Assembly: GCF_044704955.1 (NCBI RefSeq)
Contig: NC_091982.1
Location: forward strand, 62,062,001-62,126,000
Direction: 5' to 3'
Origin: Pristiophorus japonicus
Lineage: Eukaryota
Length of the DNA: 64,000 nucleotides
In this document: positions 49,204 through 61,400 of the stretch, in pieces
Layout: every line of letters begins with the position of its first letter
How positions within the stretch are numbered: position 1 is the first letter of the stretch
Notes under the pieces: model-generated
The model's input: only the letters and a program-made list of their open reading frames with translations
Databases searched by the model: none
What the model was told of the DNA's origin: nothing
Position numbers and translations under genes: made by a program

Positions 49204-49885
49204 ATTAAACCTGCGGACAAGGGTGGGGCTGTTGTTGTTTGGCAAACCGACCTTTACCTTGCGGAGGCTGATCGGCAACTCTCTGACACCTCCTCCTACC
49301 TCCCCTGAGACCATGACCTCACCACTTAACGTCAAGCCATCGTTTCCATGACCTCATCTCCTCTGGAGATCTTCCCTCCACGGCCACCAACATCATGGAT
49401 CCCCAACCCCATACTGCCCACTTCTACCTCCTTCTCAAAATCCATTTTTCGATTGGGCACTTTACTGCCTTCTGGACCCAACATCGAGCTCAACAATTTC
49501 AGATCATAACCTCTGCTCCTGTTTTATCACATGGCAGCTTCTAATGATTCTGCCATTCGAATATACACCTCTTCTCGACTCATCTTGTGTTTCTTTACTT
49601 GTCCCATTATATCTCCTTTGGCTCGCACCAACATCCCTTTTGTCTTTTAATCTCTCCTGTCTTCCACCCTATCACAGAGCTCCTTTCCTCCCCTCTTCCT
49701 TCTCACTGCCCCTACACTTGCTCAAAACCTGGCACATCTCCAACTTTTTCCAGTTCTGATGAAGGGTCATCAACCTGAAATGTTAACTCTCTCTCTCTCT
49801 CTCTCCACAGATTCTGCCTGACCTGCTGAGTATTTCCGGCATTTTATGTTTTTATTTCAGATTTCCAGCATCCACAGTGTTTTGC
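49204..49885 (+). mobile_element. Penelope-like element remnant, internally deleted
   Basis: IKPADKGGAVVVWQTDLYLAEADRQLSDTSSY (PLE RT N-terminal DKG motif) and 3' motif CTGATGAAGGGTCATCAACCTGAAATGTTAAC. Confidence 0.8.
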
Positions 49886-50456
49886 TTGCATTGGCTGGGC
49901 AATAAATGTCAGCCTTGCCAGCGACAACCATATCCTTCGAATTAATTCCACAAAAGTTGGGTTCAATCAAGAAGCATTGACGCAACATTATAGACTGGTC
50001 ATCTTATTTCCACTGAGATGGAAGATCTTGCCTTAGTAATGACTACACTTAAAAGGTGCCTCATCGGCTGTAACGTGCTCTGAGATGTCCTGTGGTCATG
50101 AAAGGTCCTTTATACATACAAGTCTTCCTTTCTTCCTCAGCCGAGTGCTTCAGGTTGAATTCCTGGATTTCCATTGCTTGCTGAGAAAGGAGCAGAATAT
50201 TAATAACTTTGCTCAGTGTTTTTGCTTATTGTGGCTCACTTCTGCCTGATCACTCTTCCCCTCAGCTCCTTGCTGTCGGCTATTGTATGACAGTTGGGTT
50301 CCTCTTATTCAGCAGGCCCTAGCCCAGCCCAGACTACTCAGTGCTCGCTGTGCCAATATTTAATCCATTCTTCTATCTGGGACGATCTGTTGTGGAGCGA
50401 TGGCCCTTTGATTTTTTCCCACCTTCTTCATCTCATCTTGTAACAAGTGCCCCTTT

Positions 50457-52180
50457 TGAGAGGGGATCTCATAGAAACATGTAAAATTCTGACGGGACTG
50501 GACAGGTTAGATGCAGGAAGAATGTTCCCGATGTTGGGGAAGTCCAGAACCAGGGGTCACAGTCTAAGGATAAGGGTTAAGCTATTCAGGACCCACACAC
50601 AAACTTCCCCGACCCCCACAAACAAACTTCCCTGACCCCACACACAAACTTCCCCGACCCACACACACAAACTTCCCGGCCCACACACACAAACTTCCTC
50701 GGCCCCCACACACAAACTTCCCTGACCCCACACACAAACTTCCCCGACCCACACACACAAACTTCCCGGCCCACACACAAACTTCCTCGGACCCCACACA
50801 CAAACTTCCCCGACCCACACACAAACTTCCCCGACCCACACAGACACAAACTTCCACAACCCCCACACACACAAACTTCCCCGATCCCCACATACAAACT
50901 TCCCCGACCCACACAGACACAAACTTCCACAACCCCCACACACACAAACTTCCCCGATCCCCACACACAAACTTCCCCGACCCACACATACACAAACTTC
51001 CCCGACCCACACAGACACAAACTTCCACAACCCCCACACACACAAACTTCCCCGATCCCCACATACAAACTTCCCCGACCCACACAGACACAAACTTCCA
51101 CAACCCCCACACACACAAACTTCCCCGATCCCCACACACAAACTTCCCCGACCCACACATACACAAACTTCCCCGACCCACACATACACAAACTTCCCCG
51201 ACCCACACAGACACAAACTTCCACAACCCCCACACACACAAACTTCCCCGACCCACACAGACACAAACTTCCACAACCCCCACACACACAAACTTCCCCG
51301 ATCCCCACACACAAACTTCCCCGACCTACACATACACAAACTTCCCCGACCCACACAGACACAAACTTCCACAACCCCCACACACACAAACTTCCCCGAC
51401 CCACACAGACACAAACTTCCACAACCCCCACACACACAAACTTCCACAACCCCCACACACACAAACTTCCCCGATCCCCACACACAAACTTCCCCGACCC
51501 ACACATACACAAACTTCCCCGACCCACACAGACACAAACTTCCACAACCCCCACACACACAAACTTCCCCGACCCACACAGACACAAACTTCCACAACCC
51601 CCACACACACAAACTTCCCCGATCCCCACACACAAACTTCCCCGACCCACACAGACACAAACTTCCACAACCGCCACACACACAAACTTCCCCGACCCAC
51701 ACACACAAACTTCCCCGACCCACACACAAACTTCCCCGACCCAGACACACACAAACTTCCCCGACCCCCACACACAAACTTCCCCTACCCCCACACACAA
51801 ACTTCCCTGACCCACACACACACAAACTTCCCAGACCCACACACACACAAACTTCCCAGACCCACACACACACATACTTCCCGAGCCCCATACACAAACT
51901 TCCCCGACCCCCACACACACAAGATGAGATGAGGAGAAACCTCTTCACTCAGAGAGTTGTTAACCTGTGGAATTATCTACTGCAGAGAGTTGTTGATGCC
52001 AGTTCGTTGGATATATTCACGAGGGAGTTAGATATGGCCCTTACAGCTAAAGGGATCAAGGGGTATGGAGAGAACGCAAGAATGGGATACTGAAGTTGCA
52101 TGATCAGCCGTGATCTTATTGAATGGTGGTGCAGGCTCGAAGGGCTAAATGCCTACTCCTGCACCTATTTCTATGTTACT
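50457..52180 (+). mobile_element. CR1 LINE 3' end split by a minisatellite insertion
   Basis: LRGDLIETCKIL...RGHSLRIRVKLFRT stops at ~50591 and resumes GAGATGAGGAGAAAC at ~51926. Confidence 0.88.
50590..51921. repeat. CA-rich ~23-bp minisatellite (ACACACACAAACTTCCCCGACCC and variants)
   Basis: Directly visible, with strong C/A strand bias. Confidence 0.96.
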
Positions 52181-52182
52181 AT

Positions 52183-54069
52183 GGGCCCAAGTTTTCACAT
52201 GATTTGCGCCTGATTTTTAGGAGCAACTGGTGGAGAACGGACGATCTTAGAAATCGCAATTCTCCACATTTTTTTTTCTGCAGTTCGAGTCAAGTAGAAC
52301 AATCCTACTTTGGAACAGAATTTTTTCTTCAAAAGGGGGCGTGTCCGGCCACTGACGCCTGATTTCAAAGTTTCCACAGTGAAAACGTACTCCAAACTAA
52401 GTTAGAATGGAGCAAGTGAAGATTTTTGTAGAACTGATAAAACCTGTTTTACACATTAAAAAATCAGGCGCAGGTTACAAATTAGGCGTCCAGAATGAGG
52501 TGTGGGGGGAGGGGGGGAGAAGGGAAGTAATTAAATTCTACAATAAATCCTTATTTATACTTCTACAAATATTATACAAATAAATCCAACCTGAATAAAC
52601 ATTTATAAGCAAAGAAAAGATTAAATAAACCATCTTCCTACCTGTGTGAAAGTGCTTCAGGCAGGGAGAATGCTGCAGTCAGCCTGAGGCGCCCGTTCTT
52701 CCAGCGGGGGGGGGAGGAGGAGGCGCCCATTCTTCCCGCGGGGGGAGGGGGGAGGAGGAGGCGCCCATTCTTCCCGCGGGGGGGGGGGAGGAGGCGCCCG
52801 TTCTTTCCCGCTGGGGGGGAGTTGCCCGTTATTCCCGCGGGAGGGGGGAGGAGGCGCCCGTTCTTCCCGCGGGGGGGGGGAGGAGGTGCCCGTTCTTCCC
52901 GCGGGGGGGGGGAGGAGGTGCCCGTTCTTCCTGCGGGGGGGGAGAGGAGGCGCCCGTTCTTTCCCGCGGGGGGGGAGGAGGTGCCCGTTATTCCCGCGGG
53001 AGGGGGGAGGAGGCGCCCGTTCTTCCCGCGGGGGGGGGAGGAGGTGCCCGTTCTTCCTGCGGGGGGGGAGAGGAGGCGCCCGTTCTTTCCCGCGGGGGGG
53101 GAGGAGGCGCCCGTTCCTCCCGCGGTGGTGGGGGGAGGAGGCACCCGTTCTTTCCCGCGGGGGGGGAGGAGGTGTCCGTTCCTCCCGCGGTGGTGGGGGG
53201 AGGAGGCACCCGTTCTTTCCCGCGGGGGGGAGGCGCCCGTTCTTCCTGCGGTGGGGGGGAGGAGGCACCCGTTCTTTCCCGCGGGGGGGGAGGAGGCGCC
53301 CGTTCCTCCCGCGGTGGTGGGGGGAGGAGGCACCCGTTCTTCCCGCGGGGGGGGGGGAGGAGGCGCCTGTTCTTCCCGCGGGGGGGGAGGAGGTGCCCGT
53401 TCTTCCCGCGGGGGGGGAGGGGAGGCGCCCGTTCTTCCCGCGGGGGGGGGAAGAGGCGCCCGTTCTTTCCTGCGGGGGGGGGAGGAGGCGCCCGTTCTTC
53501 CTGCGGGGGGGGGGAGGAGGCGCCCGTTCTTCCTGCGGGGGGGGGAGGAGGCGCCCGTTCTTTCCCGCGTGGGGGGGGGCAGGCGCCCGTTCTTCCCGCG
53601 GGGGGGGGGAAGGTGCCCGTTCTTCCCGCGGGGGGGGTGGAGAGGAGGCGCCCGTTCTTCCCGCTGGCGGAGGGGGGGGGGAAGGAGACAGTGAGAAGGC
53701 TGCAAGTGCTGATGTGCTGATGGCAATGTGCTTTTATTTAAAAAATGTTCAAAAATTAAACAGCTACAAAGAACTACAAAAATGGCCGAGTGCCAATGTT
53801 TTTTTCACACTGAGCATGCGCGAACGCTCCAACGCGCACGCGCAGCGTTGCCGGCAGGAAAAAACTAATTTAAATAGTACCCGCCCCCTCCCACTTACAA
53901 AATCGGCGCGAGTGTAGGCTCCGCCCCCCCTGGGTGCCGCGCCAGGCAGACAAGGAGCTGCAGAACGCTCCAGAATCACAATTTTTTTTTTAGGCGCCGT
54001 TTTAGGCGTGAAAAACGGACGCCCAGCTCAGAGGGGCGCCCGTTTTTTATCGTGTGGAAACTTGGGCCC
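52183..54069. mobile_element. Non-autonomous TIR transposon with 3-bp TSD (Harbinger-like)
   Basis: TIRs GGGCCCAAGTTTTCACATG / CGTGTGGAAACTTGGGCCC. TAT at 52180-52182 and 54070-54072. Confidence 0.82.
52686..53682. repeat. G-rich ~30-bp minisatellite (GAGGCGCCCGTTCTTCCCGCGGGGGGGGGAG) inside the TIR element
   Basis: About 33 copies with variable G-run length. Confidence 0.95.
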
Positions 54070-55458
54070 TATGTTTTTCTGAACGGATTGCCGACGTTGC
54101 TGGATATAATGAAACACTACAGGGTTTTGTTTTATTTTCAAGCGCCTTCTCAATCGGCAAGATTCTTTTCCAGTCAGTAAGCATTTCTTTCCTCCCTCAC
54201 TCTCTTTCCTCCTCCTGGCCATGACTGTGTTAAAGTGAGATGTAGCAGGGGACATGTGCTTTCTATTTCTAGCCCTCCGCACATTATTTCATCGCCTTAA
54301 TAAGGAAACATTCTGTCTGGTATGATTCTGGGCTCTGTTCTGAAGTGTTCGTGTTTCCTTCCTCCGTATCAAGAATCTATTTTTCCCTTGTCTCTGCCAC
54401 AACCCAACCAAAGGCTACAGGGCACATTCTGAAGGAGTGTAATGAGGTGTTGAAGGGAAAAAAAATACAAAAGTACACTCTGTCCCCAAGTCAGAGTAAC
54501 AGAGCAAATAAAACCCTCAGGCAAAATCAGACTTTTGGTCAAACTAAAAGTTCCAGTTGAAATTTTACTTAGCAATTTTTTTCCATTAAATCATACGATG
54601 CCTTGCTTTCTTTATGAGCTCTATTACCAAGCGCTTTATGAACAATCTGTCTATTTAATGGACTCTCGATCCCCGAACAGACTGAAGTCAATTTGTGTTC
54701 TTCAAGTTGCCACCATCTGCCACCTTCATACAGCACTGTTTATGTCTGTAGTATTGTTCAAATCCTGGTTTAGCTTCGCCCCTTATTCTTCACAATGAGT
54801 GATCAACTCGAGTGAAATACGTCTTGCCTTCCTACTTACGTTGAACTGCAATAAAGATGGATTCATGCGAGGGAAATTATCCAAACAATAATTTTTTTCC
54901 AGTGACATCTGGTAAAGAGTCAAGGACATTAATTACTCTTGCACCCCCGACCATATCGAAAACTGTTAATTTAAATTAATCTGTGCTAATTCTTGCTAAT
55001 TAAATCTCCATTCTGTTTTTAACATTCAGTGGTCTGATACCACAGCCTTGTGTATTTGGCAGTGGTGGTTCTGGAAGACTTTGCAGCCAATTAATTTTTC
55101 AATTTGAGGTTTAGTTACTGTTGTAATGCAGGCAAATGCGACAGGCAGTTTTTTACACAGTGAGGCATCAGGATCAGCACTGAGGTAAATGGCCAGACAG
55201 CCAATGGGGTCAAAATTGGGTACCGCAGTGTCTGAGGCGGTGTCACTGCTTGAGTGCCGATTTTACCGCCGGGCGTTAGGTGCAGGCTCCAGCTGCAAAA
55301 TTTAGTTTTTACGCCCAAAGATGAGTGAGAGAGCAGCGCGAAAAAGTAGTGTTGTACACTCACCCTCGGGCGGGAGCTACGGAGGCCAACTGAATTTCCC
55401 AACGGGAGGCTGCCACAATGTTCACTGGGAAACGGGAAGTAAAGGGGAAGAAAGAAAA

Positions 55459-58400
55459 TAACACAAACTTCCCCGACACCCAAACACAAACATCCCCCAC
55501 CCACACACACAAACATCCCCCACCCACACACACAAACATCCCCCACCCACACACACAAACATCCCCCACCCACACACACAAACATCCCCCACCCACACAT
55601 ACAAACATCCCCCACCCACACACACAAACATCCCCCACCCACACACACAAACATCCCCGACCCACACACACAAACATCCCCCACCCACACACACAAACAT
55701 CCCCCACCCACACATACAAACATCCCCCACCCACACACACAAACATCCCCCACCCACACACACAAACATCCCCGACCCACACACACAAACATCCCCCACC
55801 CACACACACAAACATCCCCCACCCACACACACAAACATCCCCAACCCACACACACAAACATCCCCGACCCACACACACAAACATCACCGACCCACACACA
55901 CAAACATCCCCCACCCACACACACAAACATCCCCCACCCACACACACAAACATCCCCCACCCACACACACAAACATCCCCCACCCACACACACAAACATC
56001 ACCAACCCACACACACAAACATCACCAACCCACACACACAAACATCCCCAACCCACACACACAAACATCCCCCACCCACACACACAAACATCCCCCACCC
56101 ACACACACAAACATCCCCCACCCACACACACAAACATCCCCCACCCACACACACAAACTTCCGACACATAAAAAAAAAACTTCACCTACCCACACACACA
56201 AACTTCCGACACATACAGACAAACTTCTCCGACCCACACACACAAACTTCCGACACATACACACAAACTTCCCCGACCCACACACACATACTTCCCCGAC
56301 CCACACACACACAAACTTCCCTGACCCCCACACACACACTTCCCCGACTGACACACACACACACTTCCCCGACTCACACACACACACACTTCCCCAACTC
56401 ACACACACACAAACTCCCGACACCTAAAAAAAAACTTCCCCGACCCACACACACAAACTTCCCCGACCCACACACACAAACTTCCCCGACCCACACACAC
56501 AAACTTCCCCGACCCACACACACAAACTTCCCCGACCCACACACACAAACTTCCCCGACCCCCACACACAAACTTCCCCGACCCACACACACAAACTTCC
56601 CCGACCCCCACACACACAAACTTCCCCGACCCCCACACATACAAACTTCCCCGACCCACACACACAAACTTCCCCGACCCACACACACACAAACTTCCCC
56701 GACCCCCACACACACAAACTTCCCCGACCCACACACACAAACTTCCCCGACCCACACACACAAACTACCCCGACCCACACACACACAAACTTCCCCGACC
56801 CACACACACAAACTTCCCCGACCCCCACACACACAAACTTCCCCAACCCACACACACAAACTTCCCCAACCCACACACACAAACTTCCCCGACCCCCACA
56901 CACACAAACTTCCCCGACCCACACACACAAACTTCCCCGACCCACACACACAAACTTCCCCGACCCACACACACACAAACTTCCCCGACACCCACACACA
57001 AACTTCCCCGACCCACACACACAAACTTCCCCGACCCACACACACAAACTTCCCCGACCCCCACACACACAAACTTCCCCGACCCCCACACACACAAACT
57101 TCCCCGACCCACACACACACAAACTTCCCCGACCCACACACACAAAAACTTCCCCGACCCCCACACACACAAACTTCTCCGACCCACACACACACAAATT
57201 TCCGACACCCACACACAAATTTCCCTGACCCCCACACACAAACTTCCCCGACCCGCACACACAAACTTCCCCGACCCCCACACTCACAAATTCCACTGAC
57301 CCCCACACACAAACTAACCCGACCCACACACACACACACTTCCCCGACCCGCACACACAAACTTCCCCGAACCCCACACACACACACTTCCCCGACCCCC
57401 ACACACACACACTTCCCCGACCCGCACACACAAACTTCCCCGACCCCCACACACACACACTTCCTCGACCCGCACACACAAACTTCCCCGACCCCCACAC
57501 ACACACACTTCCCCGACCCGCACACACAAACTTCCCCGACCCCCACACTCACAAATTTCCCTGACCCCCACACACACAAACTTCCTCGACCCGCACACAC
57601 AAACTTCCCCGACCCCCACACACACAAACTTCCCCGACCCCCACACACACAAATTTCCGACACCCACACACAAATTTCCCCAACCCCCACACACACACTT
57701 CCCCGACCCGCACACACAAACTTCCCCGACCCCCACACACACACACTTCCCTGACCCCCAGACACACACACTTCCCCGACCCGCACACACAAACTTCCCC
57801 GACCCCCACACACACACACTTCTCCGACCCGCACACACAAACTTCCCCGACCCCCACACTCAGAAATTTCCCCGACCCCCACACACAAACTTCCCCGACC
57901 CACACACACAAACTTCCCTGACCCCCACACACACAAACTTCCCCGACCCCCAAACACACAAATTTCCGACACCCACACACAAATTTCCCCAACCCCCACA
58001 CACAAAATTCCCCGACCCATACACACAAACTTCCCCGACCAGCACACACAAACTTCCCCGACCCCCACACTCACAAACTTCCCCGACCCCCACACTCACA
58101 AATTTCCCCGACCCCCACACACAAACTAACCCAACCCACACACACACAAACTTCACCGACCCACACACACAAACTTCCCCGACCCACACACACAAACTTC
58201 CCCGACCGACACACACAAACTTCCCCGACCCATACACACAAACTTCCCCGACCCACACACACAAACTTCCCCGACCCCCACACTCACAAATTTCCCCGAC
58301 CCCCACACACAAACTAACCCAACCCACACACACACAAACTTCACCGACCCACACACACAAACTTCCCCGACCCACACACACAAACTTCCCCGACCGACAC

Positions 58401-61400
58401 ACACAAACTTCCCCGACCCATACACACAAACTTCCCCGACCCACACACACAAACTTCCCCGACCCCCACACTCACAAATTTCCCCGACCCCCACACACAA
58501 ACTTCCCCGACCCCCACACACACACTTCCCCGACCCACACACACAAACTTCCCCGACCCACACACACACACTTCCCCGACCCACACACACAAACTTCCCC
58601 GACCCACACACACAAACTTCCCCGACCCACACACACAAACTTCCCCGACCCCCACACACACACTTCCCCGACTCACACACACACATACTTCCGACACATA
58701 AAAAAAAACTTCCCCGACCCACACACACACAAACCTCCCCGACCCCCACACACACAAACTTCCCCGACCCACACACACAAACTTCCCCGACCCACACACA
58801 CAAACTTCCCCGACCCCCACACACACAAACTTCCCCGACCCACACACACAAACTTCCCCGACCCCCACACACACAAACTTCCCCGACCCACACACACAAA
58901 CTTCCCCGACCCACACACACAAACTTCCCCGACCCCCACACACACAAACTTCCCCGACCCACACACACAAACTTCCCCGACCCACACACACTAACTTCCC
59001 CGACCCACACACACACAAACTTCCCCGACCCCCACACACACAAACTTCCCCGACCCACACACACAAAAACTTCCCCGACCCCCACACACACAAACTTCTC
59101 CGACCCACACACACACAAATTTCCGACACCCACACACATATTTCCCCGACCCCCACACTCACAAATTCCACCGACCCCCACACACAAACTAACCCGACCC
59201 ACACACACACACACTTCCCCGACCCGCACACACAAACTTCCCCGACCCCCACACACACACACTTGCCCGACCCCCACACACACACACTTCCCCGACCCGC
59301 ACACACAAACTTCCCCGACCCCCACACACACACACTTCCTCGATCCGCACACACAAACTTCCCCGACCCCCACACACACACACTTCCCCGACCCGCACAC
59401 ACAAACTTCCCCGACCGCCACACTCAGAAATTTCCCCGACCCCCACACACAAACTTCCCCGACCCACACACACAAACTTCCCTGACCCCCACACACACAA
59501 ACTACCCCAACCCCCACACACACAAATTTCCGACACCCAGACACAAATTTCCCCAACCCCCACACACAAAATTCCCCGACCCATACACACAAACTTCCCC
59601 GACCAGCACACACAAACTTCCCCGACCCCCACACTCACAAATTTCCCCGACCCCCACACACAAACTAACCCAACCCACACACACACAAACTTCACCGACC
59701 CACACACACAAACTTCCCCGACCCACACACACAAACTTCCCCGACCCATACACACAAACTTCCCCGACCCACACACACAAATTTCCCCGAACCCCACACT
59801 CACAAATTTCCCCGACCCCCACACACAAACTAACCCAACCCACACACACACAAATTTCCCCAACCCCCACACACACACTTCCCCGACCCGCACACACAAA
59901 CTTCCCCGACCCCCACACTCAGAAATTTGCCCGACCCCCACACACAAACTTCCCCGACCCACACACACAAACTTCCCCGACCCCCACACACACAAACTTC
60001 CCCGACCCACACACACAAACTTCCCCGACCCACACACACAAACTTCCCCGACCCACACACACACAAACTTCCCCAACCCCCACACACACAAACTTCCCCG
60101 ACCCACACACACAAACTTCCCCGACCCACACACACAAACTTCCCCGACCCCCACACACACAAACTTCCCCGACCCACACACACAAAAACTTCCCCGACCC
60201 CCACACACACAAACTTCTCCGACCCACACACACACAAATTTCCGACACCCACACACACAAACTTCCCCGACCCACACACACAAACTTCCCCGACCCCCAC
60301 ACTCACAAATTCCACCGACACCCACAAACAAACTAACCCGACCCACACACACACACACTTCCCCGACCCGCACACACAAACTTCCCCGACCCCCACACTC
60401 ACAAATTCCACCGACACCCACAAACAAACTAACCCGACCCACACACACACACACTTCCCCGACCCACACACACAAACTTCCCCGACCCCCACACACACAC
60501 ACTTGCCCGACCCCCACACACACACACTTCCCCGACCCGCACACACAAACTTCCCCGACCCCCACACACACACACTTCCTCGACCCGCACACACAAACTT
60601 CCCCGACCCCCACACACACACACTTCCCCGACCCGCACACACAAACTTCCCCGACCCCCACACACACACACTTCCCCGACCCGCACACACAAACTTCCCC
60701 AACCCCCACACACACAAATTTCCGACACCCACACACAAATTTCCCCAACCCCCACACACAAAATTCCCCGACCCATACACACAAACTTCCCCGACCAGCA
60801 CACACAAACTTCCCCGACCCCCACACTCACAAATTTCCCCGACCCCCACACACAAACTAACCCAACCCACACACACACAAACTTCACCGACCCACACACA
60901 CAAACTTCCCCGACCCACACACACAAACTTCCCCGACCCATACACACAAACTTCCCCGACCCACACACACAAACTTCCCCGAACCCCACACTCACAAATT
61001 TCCCCGACCCCCACACACAAACTAACCCAACCCACACACACACAAATTTCCCCAACCCCCACACACACACTTCCCCGACCCGCACACACAAACTTCCCCG
61101 ACCCCCACACACACATATTCCCCCGACCCCCACACACACACACTTCCCCGACCCGCACACACAAACTTCCCCGACCCCCACACACACACACTTCCCCGAC
61201 CCCCACACACACACACTTCCCCGACCCGCACACACAAACTTCCCCGACCCCCACACACAAACTTCCCCGACCCACACACACAAACTTCCCTGACCCCCAC
61301 ACACACAAACTTCCCCGACCCCCACACACACAAATTTCCGACACCCACACACAAATTTCCCCAACCCCCACACACAAAATTCCCCGACCCATACACACAA

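Noticed and set aside
52638-53917. Pro-rich and Gly/Arg-rich ORFs
   Set aside because: Translation of the G-run minisatellite with variable homopolymer lengths.
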